Of a stretch of DNA of 64,000 bases, positions 24,787 to 39,934 are shown piece by piece. Below the pieces are notes generated by a model, which was not told the origin of the DNA, did no database searches, and worked only from the letters and a program-made list of their open reading frames with translations. The first letter of the stretch is position 1; the number at the start of each line of letters is the position of its first letter. The position numbers and the translations under genes were made by a program. The stretch comes from Piromyces finnis finn (Eukaryota; Fungi; Neocallimastigomycota): NCBI GenBank assembly GCA_002104945.1, contig MCFH01000061.1, forward strand, positions 250,759-314,758. The letters are read 5' to 3'.

Positions 24787-27700
24787 TTTTTTCCTTTTAA
24801 AATTTAAATAACTTTTTAATTTTGTTTTATAATATTAAACTCAAATTTAAAAAAAAAACGTATTAATTTATTAAATAATGAAAATGATATATAATGTAGA
24901 TTAAATTTACTGAATATAAATTTAAAATAGATTGATAAATCATTGAAAAATATTTTAAATAAATTTTTATAATTAATAAAATATATAAAATATATTGATG
25001 AATAAAAAAAAAAAAAGAAATGAATTTTTTTTGTTTATTTATACTTTTTTAAAAGTTTTTAAAATAACTAAATAACTAAATAAATAATATTAAGTAAAAA
25101 AAAAAAAAAAGAAAAGAAAAAAAGAATGAAAGGTAAGGTTTAGTAATTAAAAAAAAAATTAAAAATAATAATTAGAATGCATGGTTAAGTTTTTTAATTA
25201 AAATTTGATTTTATCCAATAAATTTTAATTATTGTTACTGTAATGAACAAGTTAAAAAATATATAAATACAGAATTTTGTAATTATTAAGTTAATTATAA
25301 AATATTTTAAATACTTAAATACTTTTTCACATAAATTTGTTAAATGGATATAACCTAAAATAACATAAACATATATTAAATATAAATGTAATTTATACAT
25401 GTTTTAAAGATCTATATTTTTTATAATCAATTAACTATGATATAAAAATAATAGGTGACTTTGAACCTATTATATGTTAGTAAATTTTTCTTAATATTAA
25501 ATTTATATAGTTTTTATTATTATATTAATTATTTCTAATATAGTAAAAGAATGTAATATAATGTATTATTAATGTAAGAACATATAATGTAAAATAATAA
25601 TATAAATGTATAATCCATATAATTCATGCCTTATAATTGAAAAATTAGTTATTAAGTAAGCCTCATTAGAATAAATAGACTAGGAAATAGTTATTATTAA
25701 AGAGGCTTCTTGTTTTTAGTAAAGTTTTAATAATTAACAACGACAGACTTAACGTTTTAATATTTAGATAGAATAGAAATATTGAAACGTAATAAATAAA
25801 GTTATTAATAAAACACGTATTATTAAAGCTAAATTCTTTTCTAAATAAAATTAACCCGTATCAACTAAAATATTATATGATATATGTTTCTTTTATGTTA
25901 TAGTAATTTAATATTGGTTTATCTATTAGATGAAAATGTCTTATTATTAAAAAAAAAGGTTTTCATTTTGTAAATTGTTGGCACTCCTAAAAAAATATTT
26001 ATATTTAATGTACATGATTAATTTTCTTTTTTTCTAATCCTTTTAATTTTCATATTAATTATCGGTAGTAATAATTATTGTTGGTAATAATTATAATTGT
26101 TAGTAGTAATCATTATTGTCTGTAGCAATTGTTGTTAGTAATAATAAATGTAGTTTGTAGTAGCAAATATTGGTAGTATCTGTAATCATAATGATAATGT
26201 CATTGAATAATTGTAATTGTTGTAATAATAAATCTTTCTTTAAATAAAAAAATGGAGCATAAATTTTTTAATTATTAAATATAAAAAAAGTTTTTTTTCA
26301 AAAAATTTAAACAATTCAATAGATGAATAATAAAAAAACTAACCAAACCATGGCTATATGTATGACTCTATGGTTTTATGATTATTAATAAAAAAGAATA
26401 ATTAATGATACTACTACTATTGTTATTATCATTATTATTATTAAAATCTCTTTATTATGTTTATTATTACGTTTAAATTATTGTATATAATGATTAATAA
26501 AAACCTAATTGGTAATAGTAATATAAAAATAATAAGTTTATCAAAATATCGAAAGAGATTATATTTTTAATATCCATTTGAAATTGCAATAAAAAACAAC
26601 TTCTTATACCATATATCTATTAAAAAAAAGGGATATATATATTCAAACTTTGTTTAAATTTTTAAAATATTAAAATAGGTCAATAACTTGTAACAATGAA
26701 TGAATATTTAAACTATGCATTCAATATTAAAAAAATAAAAAAGATATACCAAAGTTTTAATGTACACAATTTTAAAAAACACAAATTTATTTTTAGTAAT
26801 GATGATATAGGGTAAAAAAAATTTTAATTCGTAAAAAATGACAAAAATGTAAAAAATAAAAAAAAGTATATATTACATACTATTTTATATTTTTATATAG
26901 AATTAGTATAATAATGAAGGCATAACCATTCCGAAATAAAAATTATAGCATTAAAAAAGAATCTTGAAAAAAAGAATACTGTTTTTTTTTTAAATATTTT
27001 CATAAAAAAATGAAATTCATCCTTTTAATTCTTATTTCCAGAGTTTATTTTAAAACATTTCAAATGCCAAAAAGTAAAAAAAAAAACATAGACATATTTA
27101 ATATATATTACCCAACTGAAAAAAAAAAGATATTAAATTATATCACATCCATTAAATATAATAAAGTAAAGGATCTATGATTATAAAAATGGTTTTAGGT
27201 CAAGAAAGGAGAATTTATCAATAAATGACTACAAATTTTAAATATTTTTTTTTGATTTATTAACGCAAAAAGTTAATAACAATATAGAGTTGTTGTTGTA
27301 GGAATGTAGAGGTAATTAATTAACATTTTCTTATGATGATTTATGATTTTGACTTATTATATCTTAGATATCTTTTAGAACACTATATCTCAAAGATGTT
27401 GACTTATTTTTTAAAAAAAAATATATATACATCTGTACATAATAGTTAAAATATTATTTCTTGTATTATTTAACATTACATTGAAAGAATTTTTTTTTAT
27501 CCTATAAAATTTCAACGCCGATTCGAAATAGATATATATGATATATTAAAAAATAATATATCTATATGTTATATATCATATATTATAACATATACAATTT
27601 AAATAGTAAATTGTAGTTCATCAATTTACAATGTAATTAACAATGTAATGTATAATGTATTATATTTAAAGAACATTCCACAAAATTTTTAAACAAATTT

Positions 27701-27889
27701 GTGTAACAAAATATCAGGTGAACGGATTATTTTGTTATTAATTTAAGTTTAATAAAAATTTGAAAAATAACTCAAATAATTAATAAAAGGATTTTTTTTT
27801 AATAAATTTTTAATAAATATTAAAGTTTAAAATTAAAATTTGATTTTTTATTAATATTTAAGAGTGGACTTTTCTTTTTAAGCTAAAGC

Positions 27890-27990
27890 AGTAATAAGAG
27901 ATTATTTATAATATTTTGAAAATAATAAGAGATTATTTATAATATTTAAAAGTAATAATAAAAGATTATTTATAATATTTTGAAAATAAT
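27890..27990. repeat. Minisatellite, 3 copies of ~31-35 bp (TAATAAGAGATTATTTATAATATTTTGAAAA)
   Basis: Three adjacent imperfect copies. Confidence 0.75.
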
Positions 27991-28252
27991 TCACAATGTT
28001 GAAGTTTAACTAATTTTTTCTTCAACTATTTATACTAGACATGTTGATAATATATATAATAATAAATCTGTAAATTTACATTTGGTGAACATTCTTGGAA
28101 GATTCTATTTCTTGAATGAAAATATGTTTGTTTTATAATATTTAAAGTTTATTAATAGATTAAATTTTGTTAATATAGGATAGCTATATAAAAATTTTAA
28201 AGTACAAGAAGCTTTCTTATTATACAATTTATGTCTTAATTCTAGACCACTA

Positions 28253-28392
28253 AATATTTAATACAAATACATTAAAGTAATACAAATACATAAATTGATA
28301 AGAAGGTTTGTAGAACATTGTAATAAATTAATATTATAAATTTACTACATTGTTTTACAAATCTATTAATTTATGTATTTGTATTAAATATT
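28253..28392. repeat. ~140-bp imperfect fold-back (hairpin) element
   Basis: Left arm AATATTTAATACAAATAC...ATAAATTGATA...TTTGTAGAACATTGTAATAAATT pairs with right arm AATTTACTACATTGTTTTACAAATCTATTAATTTATGTATTTGTATTAAATATT; a related 30-mer occurs at 58547. Confidence 0.7.
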
Positions 28393-28761
28393 AAGCGGCA
28401 GTATAAAAAGAAACTTTAATATTCTATATTAATAATTTTAATATTAAACCTTAAATATTATAAAAATAAATTTAATATTCAATTGGTAAAAGAATATAAA
28501 AATATTAAAATAGTCCTTTTTTTTTTTTTCTTTAAAAAAAAAAAAAAAAAAAAAAATTACAATAATAAATTAATTGTAATTTATATAAAAAAATAATTAT
28601 ACATTTATTATTAGTTTAATATTATTAAATATTAAATAAAAATTAATAAATATATATAAATAAATATAAATATATTTTGAAAGTTATTTTATTTCATATA
28701 TATTATAAAAGTAATTTAATTGTGGAATCATAAATTAAGTTATATATAAAGTATAATAACA

Positions 28762-31700
28762 ATGTTTTTTTCTAAACAATTTAAAACCATATTATGGAAA
28801 AACTTTAAGATTTTTAAGCAAAGGACCAGTATATTTCCTTGTGCTTTCGAAATCTTTTTTACTTTTCTTGTCGTAGGTTCTTTATGTAAGTTTTTGTATC
28901 TATTTTTAAATTAAATCAATAAACATTAATAATAATAATAATAATAATAAGAAGAAGAATGGTGATAGTATCAATTATTATTTGTTTAATTATGGCAAAT
29001 ATATGATTATGATAATATTGATACTAATTTTTATAATATATTATTATTTTAGCTATTCGTGATGGTAATTACCAAAAAAATGTATTCGCAGGAGCACCTT
29101 CTGATGGTATTTCTTCATCCGCTAGAACTGGTATGGCAATGGTATCAGGATATAGTGATTTTTATACAATTGCTTATGTATTACCAAATAATCAAACAGA
29201 AGTAAATGGAGAAGCATTTGTTTCATATATTACAGATAATCCTTATTTTGAAAATTATTATATTAGGAATTATACTATATTCGAAAATGAAAAAGAATTA
29301 GAAGAATTTGTACAAAAGGACAAAGATGATAGTATCTTATGTAGTGTTATTTTTAATGATGATTATACTGATTATACAATTAGAATTAAAGACTTTGAAT
29401 TTTGTGGTTTTGATAATCAATATTATGCCAAGAGAAAGAGATCTGAAGTAGATACTAAATCTGATACTATTTATACAAAAAGAGATGAATATGATAAAAG
29501 TAGTTCATTATTTATTATTACACAAACTGCTGTTAATAATGCAATTATTCAATTAAAAACTAAAGGTATGGCCAAAGGTTTAGTTATTAATGATGCTGAT
29601 CACTTCCATATTGCTTCAGAAAATAGAGAAACACTTCCATCTGAAGAAAGGAAATTTTCAGGTCTTGCACCATATGTTCTCTTTTTGTGTATTGGTCAAT
29701 TCTTCCATATTAATAATCGATTAATCGAAGAAAAAGAAAGCGGAATAAAAGAAGGTCTTATAACTATTGGTGTTAAACCTCACTATTTATGGTTCACTTG
29801 GGAAATTATTTACTTCCCTATTTCATTGATTATTTTTGCAATATTTCTTGCTTTTGATCCTTCAAACATTATAGGTGCTATCAATCCAATATTATTTATC
29901 CTCACCTATATATTCTATGTTATTTCTATGTTTAATATCGCAGCAATCGTTTCTATCCTTATTAAAAAGTCAAGAACTGTATTAGTTTTTACTTGTTTAT
30001 TCATTACTTCAATAGTTATTACGAGTAAATATGTATTTAGTTTAAAGACTGAAGGAAAAGAATCAATTGAAAAAATAGTATCTTATATTGTTTCACCAAT
30101 AGGAATCAGTATGGCCAGTGAAGAAATTTGTCATGAAGATGATCTTGGCCATTATATTGAATTTTCAAATATGTTTGATAGTGATTACGGTAAATATTTT
30201 ATTGGACTCATTATAAATGCTATTGTTTCATCTATCTTGCCAATTGTTCTCGAATACCTTCGTAAACTTGATTTTAGAAGTGTCAGTTTAAGTAAATTCA
30301 ATAAAGCGAAATTTGAACGTGAAGATTACAGTAGTGATATTCAAGAAGACCCAACTGGCAATGAATGTTTTGTTCAAGTTAAGAATATTTTTAAGGTATT
30401 CAAATTTAAAAATAACATTATTTTTGATCGTGATGATCAAAATGAAAAGTCAAAAAAAATTTTTGCTGCCAATAATGACATTAGTTTCAATGTTTACAAA
30501 GACGAAATATTTGCTATTTTAGGTCACAATGGTGCTGGTAAAAGTACATTAATACAAAATATGGTTGGTATTATTACACCAGATAGTGGTGAAACCTTAT
30601 ATCACGGATTATCAATTTCTAAAAATAAGAAAGAAATTCGTAGCCAATTAGGTATTTGTCTTCAAAGTAATGTACTTATTAATAATTTTACTGTTGCTGA
30701 TCATTTCAAACTTTACTCTGGTATTAAAGAGTGTGACGATGAAGATATTGATAAATGGTTAAAAGATATTGATTTAGAAAAGAAGAAAGATTATGAAGTC
30801 CAAAAGTTGAGTGGTGGTCAAAAAAGAAAACTTTCTATTAGTTTGGCACTTATTGGTAATCCAAAATATGTTTTCTTGGATGAACCTACTACTGGTTTAG
30901 ATCCACTTTCTCGTCGTAAAATTTGGAATTTATTATTAAAGGTTAAAAAGGACAGAGTTATTTTCATTACAACACATTACATGGACGAAGCAGATATCAT
31001 TGCTGATCGTAAATTAATTCTAAATAGAGGTACAATTCGTTGTTTAGGTAGTAGTATTTACTTAAAAAATCATTTCAAAATGAAATATAGTTTAGAAGTT
31101 GAAACTCATCATTTTGAAAAGATAGATAAACTAATTAAGCAACATATTTCAGATGCCTTTAACTTTGTCGATAAAACCGAAATTGAATATTCTAATTCTT
31201 CCTCACCAAATACTTATACTTGGAAATTACCTATTGATGATTCGAATAAGCTTTCAACTCTTTTAAGAGATTTGGAAAAAGAAAAGAATAAATTGTTAGT
31301 AAACTTCTCATTAAATGCTCCTCTTTTAGAAGAATTATTTATCAATTTAGAAAAAGAGATTGAAGAAAAGCGTAATGGAAAGGCTTCTGATCAGAATAAG
31401 GCAATTGAATTACCTCAAAATAAAAATGTTAAAAGACCTGGTACACTTAAAACTGCATTACGACTTGGTAGTTACAGAATAAGAGTATATATTCGTCAAA
31501 AAACATATGTCTTTTTAGGTATATTAGTTCCTGTAACTGCTCTTTGTGTCTTTTTACCAACATTTAGAGATCAATTTAATGGAATAGAAGATCAATATAA
31601 AAGTTCTCTTTTTAGTTTTTACGAACTTTATGATAAAACGCCGATTTCTTCTAGCATTTATAAAAATCAAAAATGGAATTATGATATTCAGAATTCACCA

Positions 31701-34010
31701 TCTATTAATGATACACTTACTCCTCAATTGATTCAGCAAGAACTTCCTAAACTTTCTAATTCTGATTCCAGTTTAGATTTATATACGGAAGTTGAAATGG
31801 AGAAAATTTATCAATCCATTAAATCTGAACCTTATTATGTTTCAAGTTTTTCTGGTGTTGTAAATGAAAATATGCATTATTTTAATATTAATTATAATAG
31901 TTCAATGCTTTTTTCACTTCCAGTCACCGTAGATATCCTTAGTAATTCAATTTTATCTTCTTCTAATGTCAATGATACAATTAAAACCAACGTTTATTTA
32001 TTTAAAACCATAGAAGACACAAAATTTAATGTTTATTCTACTTCATTGTCTACAACATTCTTTACCTTAGTTATCGTTTTATGTACAGCATTCCCACTTT
32101 CTTATTATGGTACTAATGTTATTCGTGAACGTTCTCAAAATCTATTGAAACAACTTCAATTGAATGGTATTTCTAATAAGAGTTACTGGATTTCTGTATT
32201 AATTACAGATCATTTTGTATTTTTAATTACATGCATCTTAATTTTAATGACATTTGTGATTTGTAAATTCACTCCATTGTTCCATGTTTCCTCGATTATA
32301 GTATTGGCAGTTTATTTCTTTGTTTGTGCTATTGCTTGTTTAATATTCCAATACTGCCTTAGTAATATTATTTCCAGTGAAAGTAGTGCATTAACTATTT
32401 TCTATCTTTTTAATATTGTTCCCCCCATTGGTGTTATATTGGAAGCCAATACTTCTGGTCTTGAAGTTGAAGCAGCAAAAGGAAATGATCTCATCTACTA
32501 TACTGCTGCTTTAGTTTTTATCGTATCTTCATTCATCCCTAACTATGGTCTTGTTCGTGTCCTTAAATCTTTGATTAATATTGGTGTTGAATATAACATC
32601 TATCGTAAAAAGATTTCAATCCTTGATATCTTGGCTCTTAATCGCCAAGTTCCATCTTGTTTTTTAGGTGCTTTAGTAGCTATAGCTATTTATACGTTTT
32701 TGTTAGTATTACAGACTAAAAGAAGATACAATCCATCCAGGAACGTTTTTAAAACTACAGATGAAATAAACGAAAGATTCGATAAGGAACTTCAAGAAGG
32801 AGATGAAGATATTCTTAATGAATATAAACGTGTTATGGATGATTCTGAGGAAAACAAAATCCCAATTAAAATTGTAAAATTGGCCAAAGAATATGATGAT
32901 ATTGAATTTACATCAAGACAAGAACTTTTAGATGCGATGAATCGTAAAAATCCAAAGTATGGTGAATTCCATATGTCAACTATGGGTAGTCGTCGTGTTG
33001 TCATGACTCCATTCGAAAATGTTTCATTAGGTGTGGATACATGCGAATGCTTTGGTATTCTTGGTCCAAATGGTTCTGGTAAATCAAGTTTATTAAACAC
33101 GACCTCTTTTACTTTCCCACAAACATTGGGTAAAATTACCTATGATGGTAAGAATACAACTGAAAGAAAAGGTAATGAAATTACTCTTGGTTACTGTCCT
33201 CAAGAAGATACACTCTGGAATGAATTTACTTTATTTGAACACATTGAAATGTTCTTGTATCTTCGTGGTTACTCCAAAAAAGAAGCCAAAAAGATTGCAA
33301 AGCAATTTATTAGCTATTGTCGTTTAACAGAACATCGTAATAAGATGCCATATGAATTGAGTGGTGGTACACGTCGTAAATTAAACATCCTCATTGCTCT
33401 CTGTTGTTCTTCAACCAAAATTATTATGGACGAGCCTTCTGCTGGTATGGATCCTTCTACTCGTCGTTATGTTTGGGATATCATTAAATCTTCTTTACAA
33501 ACCAACAAGTCTTCCACCATTATGTCTACTCATTCTATGGAAGAAGCCGAATTATTATGTAATCGTATTGCCATTATGATCGAGGGAAAAATAAGATGTA
33601 TTGGAACACCAGAACATTTGAAAATGAAATATGGTAATACCTATATCATGGATGTTCACACAAAAGATATTGAAAAATTCCATGAAGAAGTTGTTGTTGG
33701 TAAACAATTATTTGGTGAGAGTGAATATGAACGTGAAGATAAGTCACATCAAAGAGTTAAGTATGAAGTTAAATGTAATTCTAGTAATATTAGTAAGGTC
33801 TTTGAAATTATGGAATCTTGTAGGGAAGAAGATTTATTCTATGATTATAGTTACAGTCAAACCTCTCTTGAACAAGTATTCCTAAACTTTGCTCTTAAAA
33901 GTTCTGAATATGATGGTGATGGTGAAAATGATGACGAAAGTGACAAAACAGAAAAGGAAAATGACCAAAGTGACAAAACAGAAAAGGAAAATGACGAAAG
34001 TAAAAAATGA
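28762..34010 (+). CDS. ABCA: Full-size ABCA-subfamily transporter (TMD-NBD-TMD-NBD), 2 exons
   Basis: Exon 1 28762-28885 (MFFSKQFKTILWKNFKIFKQR, the typical ABCA N-terminal LWKN motif); intron GTAAG...TTAG; exon 2 29053-34010 is in frame with the 1625-aa ORF. Walker A GHNGAGKS and GPNGSGKS; signatures LSGGQKRK and LSGGTRRKL; Walker B LDEPTTGLD and MDEPSAGMD; ABCA-type EKESGIKE and ERSQNLLKQLQLNG motifs. Confidence 0.93.
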
Positions 34011-34458
34011 AAGTATTAAATAATATGAAGGAAAAAAAATATTTAAATATTTAATATTTTTTTTTAAAAAAAAAAAAAGATTAAATAATTTCAAGAAATA
34101 CTTTACAAATAAATTTATTATATAAAAATATAATAACTATATATTTTTTTAATTTAATAGTCAGGAAATAATATTAAAATAAGAAAAATAAAATTCTAAA
34201 TCATTAATATAAAATTATAATTTCAAAATATAAACTTTTTAATAAAAATTATAATTTCGTAAATATAATGTTAATCCTATCTATTTATGGTATATTTATA
34301 AGTAAACCATAAATAAATAAAAATTTATTGTAATAGTAGTAATTTTAAAGAAAAATGAAAAAAATAACTAAATAACAAATAATAAATAATAATAAATAAT
34401 AAATGAAAATAAAGTCAATAAAAAAAAAATAAATAAAATGGGAAAATAAAATTAATGA

Positions 34459-34922
34459 GTATTTTATTTTATTTTATTTTATTTTATTTTATTTTATTTT
34501 ATTTTATTTTATTTTATTTTATTTTATTTTATTTTATTTTATTTATTTTATTTTATTTTATTTTATTTTATTTTATTTTATTTTATTTTATTTTATTTTA
34601 TTTTATTTTATTTATTTTATTTTATTTTATTTTATTTTATTTTATTTTATTTTATTTTATTTTATTTTATTTTATTTTATTTTATTTTATTTTATTTTAT
34701 TTTATTTATTTTATTTTATTTTATTTTATTTTATTTTATTTTATTTTATTTTATTTTATTTTATTTTATTTTATTTTATTTTATTTTATTTTATTTTATT
34801 TTATTTTATTTTATTTTATTTTTTTTTTTTTATTTTATTTTATTTTATTTTATTTTATTTTATTTTATTTTTTTTTATTTTATTTTATTTTATTTTATTT
34901 TATTTTATTTTATTTTTTATTT
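34459..34922. repeat. (ATTTT)n pentanucleotide array, ~460 bp
   Basis: Directly visible; explains the ILFYF ORF. Confidence 0.95.
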
Positions 34923-36436
34923 TTTCATGCGTAACGCTACTCTTTTGAAAAATTCTCTATTGGTAACTTTAATATTCATAAAGTGAATTTGTATTCACTA
35001 AAAGAATAATTCTTTATTTTTATTTATTATTTTTTTTACATCCTTTAAAAAAATACTAATCTTATTGAACCTTGAAGAATTTTAATTATAAAAAAAAAAA
35101 AAAAGTTGATATTATTATAGATCATCATTATCAAAATAGGTGTTACAATTCTGATAAAGGACAATTTCTAATTCTCAGGTAAAGTTTTTTTAAAAGAAAC
35201 TAATAAAATTTAATCTTATTTAATGGTAAAAAAATAAAAAAAAAAAAAAAATTATTATTTTTGAATTGTTAGATGACTCAGGTGAGTTTAAGCAATCTAA
35301 AGTATTAAATATATTTTGTTTTTTTTTTTAAAAAAAGAAAAAATCTAAAATTTTTTGTTTTAAAACATATTTATAAATAAAATTATACAGTATTTATTCT
35401 TGTAGTTTTATAGAAATCATATCCAAAAAACGAATGCACTCGGAAGTTAAAAAATAAAAAAATCCAAGAAACGTGTATATATAAGTTATATTGATTAAGA
35501 TTTAAAATCGTTTTTATAAAAATTAATAAAATTGTTTTGTTAAAACACTAAATTGTTTTATTAGAAACACTTGTTTTTCTAATATTTAAATATTTAAAAT
35601 TTTTATTTATTTAAGTATAAAAGTGATTATTAAAATTATAAAATATTAATCTAACTATATATAATATTTCTTTATTAATAATAATAATAATGATTAAAAT
35701 AAGAATATTTACATGTATTTATATTTTCTTTTAAATTTAAACGTTTTAGAAATAGAGTAGTAACTATTATTAAATAAGAACATTTTAACAAGAATACATA
35801 ATATTGAAAAAAAAAATAATGCTTTTTTTTTTTCTTTACATTTTAGTTTTTGTCATAAAAAACTTAAAACTACATTTTATATATATAAAACACTTTTTTT
35901 TTTTTTAGAAAAGGTTTATATCTATATCGCTATAATTATAAAACATAAAATAAAAAAAAGAAATAAAAATTTTAATAATTTTTAACATTGAAGTATTTAG
36001 TTTTTAAATACATTTTATTTCAATTATAAAATAGAACTCTTTCATTAATGAAAAAAGGTATTTTGATAATTAATACAAATGAATAAATTTCTAATTTCAA
36101 ACATGTTTTTATTTAAAATATTTATAATAAAAAATAGTTTTAGCTATTCATATAAATACTATAAAAATTTTTAAATATTAATAATTTTTTATTGATATTG
36201 ATAAGAGTATTGTGCTGATATAAATATAATCAATAATAAAATATATTTTATGTATTTTATTATAACATAAATAATATTATATTGAAATAAATATTATATA
36301 TATATATTATAAATTGTTATAAATATTGTGTGTATATAAATATAAATGCGTTGATAATAAAATTTAAAGAGTTGAAATAAAATGTTCATTTCAACAAAGA
36401 TATACAAAGAGATTGTATCATTTTAATAAAATAGTA

Positions 36437-38895
36437 TTATTTATCTGGGCAAAATCCATATTTATTTTGGCATTTGTTAATGGAACAGTAAGCTGAGGTT
36501 GTTCCACAGTAGCCTTTATTACTACAGCATTTGTTATCAGAGCAGGTTCCATAACTTTCTCCACATTTGCAACTACCATAGTTAGATTGACATCCACTAG
36601 ATGATGCACAATAAGCTTTGGTTCTTCCACAATATCCTTTCTTACTACAGCATTGTCCATCTGAACATAATCCATAGTTTTCACCACATTTACAACTACC
36701 ATAGTTAGATTGACATCCGTTGGAAGAATAACAGTAAGATTTAGTTTTTCCACAATATCCCTTTTTACTACAACATAAACCATCTGAACACATTCCATAA
36801 TCCTCACCACATTTACAAGTACCGAATTCAGATTGACATCCATTAGAAGCAGCACAATGAGCATCGGATACACCACAATAACCATATTTACTACAACATT
36901 TACCGGATGGACAACTTCCAAAAATGCCGCCACATCTTCCTGCAGCCTCACATTTATTACCATAATTATATTCTGAATGACTATTTAAAATGTTTTTAAA
37001 AGCAAAAGTATATTAGGATTAGTTATTAAATAAATATAAATTTAAATATATATTATTTTTAAATTAGTCTACGCTATAAATATATAAAAAATAGGCAATT
37101 ACTTTATTTTTTGAATTTCAACTGGAAGAGAATCAATACAATTTTCATTAATTCCTCTATATTTTTTTGATTTAAAAAAATTATATTTTATAAATATAAT
37201 ATTTTATAATTAGTTCAAATGAAATAATAATAACAGTCAATTAAATTTCAACATTTACAAATATAAAAGATTTTCTAAATTTCCAATTTCAGCTGGGACT
37301 TCCTTTATTCTATTATCAGAAAAATCTCTAAGCACATATAATTATGAAAAATAAAAATATATATTTATTATATTAAAAATTTACTAAAGAAATATATATA
37401 TAAAAGAAAAATAAATATATATATATATACATACAAAACTATAATATTTTTAAGATTAACAATTTCTGATGGAATTATGGATAAGCCATTACTATTTAAA
37501 TACCTATCAGCATAGTTTTAATAATTATAGAATTAATAAAAATATGTTAAATTTTTAAAGTTTATATGCGTATACTACAATATATTTTATACTTACAAAT
37601 GTTCAAGATTGGTAATATTTCCAATGAAATTTGGAATTTCAGTTATTTCATTATTATATAAAAGTCTATAATAAAAATATAAATTTATAAAAGTTAAAAA
37701 AAAACTATTTTATATATTGTTAAGTGTATTATTTTACTAACAAGTATAAAAGATTTTTAAGATCACCAATAGTTGAAGCAATTGTAGATATTTTATTATT
37801 AAATAAATATCTATATTTTATTAATAAACATTTATATATTTATATTTTAAATTTGTGAATAAATTTATATATATTATATTATAATATGCTATTATTATTA
37901 AATTACAATTTATTAAGACTTTGAAGATTTTTAATTTCAGGTGGAATAGAAGTTACTAAATTGTTAGATAAATCTCTATATAGTGTATAAAATATATATG
38001 TTTATTATTAGTATAATACATTATTTCCTTTTTCAATAAAGAAGAAATTTCAATACTATTTTTAATATTTAACATATATATTTACAAAAAGTTAAGATTT
38101 TCAAGTTGACAAATGTCTGATGAAACGGTAGTTAATGTATTATTATTTAATTGTCTATAGTTATTATTTATATTTTATTCATGTTAATATTATTATAAAT
38201 ATGTAAATAAATATAGAAAATATAAATTATATTTATATATTATATATATATTATTCCCATAATCTTAATTTCGTACAATGTTAAGAGATTTTTAAGATTT
38301 TTAATTTCTGGAGAAATTTTAGTTAACATATTCCTTGATACATCTCTATAAATATTTAAATATAGTAATTTTTATAAATATTTATTTTAGCAATTTATAT
38401 TATATAATATTAATAATAAAAGTCTACTTACAAAGTTTCAAGATTCTTAAGTTTTTCAATATCTGAAGGAATTTCAGTTAATTTATTATCATATAAATTA
38501 CTATTTATATTAAATATTAATATAAATATATATAATAAAATTTAAAAAATTATTATATTTATCATATATATAACTCAAATACATATATATCTTTATACGA
38601 ACAGGAAAGTTAAAGAGGTTATTTCATATATGAATTTTGGTATTTCTGTTAATTCTTGATAATTTATATATCTTTTTTTCAATTAAATAAAATAAAATAA
38701 CTTTTATTAGTATTTTTTTATATTTACAACATAATATTTTTTAATATGACATATATACAATTTATAAACTTTTCCATATTTATTTTCATCACAACTAGTA
38801 ACAAGATTTCCTAAGCGTTGTTCAACTTCTTCACATGAATAACCAAAGGTTATTGAGATTAATAACCCCAAAATCAAAATAGATTTTAATATCAT
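36437..38895 (-). CDS. Secreted LRR + 4x hevein/CBM18 protein, copy C (12 exons, 451 aa predicted)
   Basis: Exon 1 38895-38759. Nine 69-nt LRR exons: 38671-38603, 38500-38432, 38345-38277, 38154-38086, 37975-37907, 37810-37742, 37665-37597, 37503-37435, 37327-37259. Cap exon 37156-37103; CBM18 exon 36980-36437. LRR order is collinear with copy A. Confidence 0.9.
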
Positions 38896-39934
38896 TTTAT
38901 TTCTGCTTTAAAAAGTTTATGTAATTACTATGAATATTGAATAGAAAAAATAGGTAAATAATCTTTTGTTAAATTTCTTTTGATAAAAATTATAATTAAA
39001 ACTTGGTCTAATTAATAAATAAAAAAAGAGGAAAAAAGTCTTTCTATTTATACTTTTTTTTTTTATTGAAAATAAACTCTTTATTATTTAATTATAATAA
39101 AATAAAATAATATGACATGGCATTTAAAACTCTTTAATTACAATATTTAATTTAAATATTGAATTACAATTACAATATTAAATAAAATATTATTATTTAA
39201 TTATATTTTATTATTATTTATAAACATTATTTACACTTGATCATATATTAACAAATATATTAATGAAAATATTTAAATTGAAATAATTAAAAGAATTTCT
39301 TTATCAAATAGAATTTCTTTATCAAATAGAATTTCTTCAAACTTAAAGAAATCTTCTTAATTTATTATCCTGGAATTTTATTGGTTCTTGTCTTGACAAA
39401 AGATGACGTTGATTTTGTATTGATTTTCAATGAAGAGTTTATTCATATTATATTATGATATATATTATTTTGTATTATTATGTATCATCCAATTATAAAT
39501 TAATTTAATTTTTTATATAGAGAAAAGATAAAGTTTTGATAATTTTTTTTTATTATTCTTATTATTCCAAAGGAAATATTAATATTCATAAAAAGAATTC
39601 TTACTATTTGGTAAAGCAATCACAAAGTTAGAGATGAACGAATTTAAAATTTTATAATTGTTTTTACTACTTTTAAGTATTGCAATGGTAAAAATAAATT
39701 CATTATTAAAATAAAATAAAAAAAGAAAGTTTTTAAATATTATTTTATAATAATAATTACAAAAAAAAAAAGTTCTTTTAAAATAAAAAGGTTTCATTCA
39801 TATTATTGAAATAATTTTGATAAAAAGATAAAAAGTTTAATTATATATATTTAAATATTCATTATTCTATTGAAGTTCATTATTTCTCTTTTTTTTTTTT
39901 TTTTTATAAAAAAATGTCTTTTTATAACATTTAA

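Noticed and set aside
30313-33885. Small ORFs overlapping the ABCA, CotH, vWA and esterase genes
   Set aside because: Out-of-frame or antisense shadows of well-supported genes.
34455-34934. 159-aa ILFYF ORF
   Set aside because: Translation of the (ATTTT)n array.
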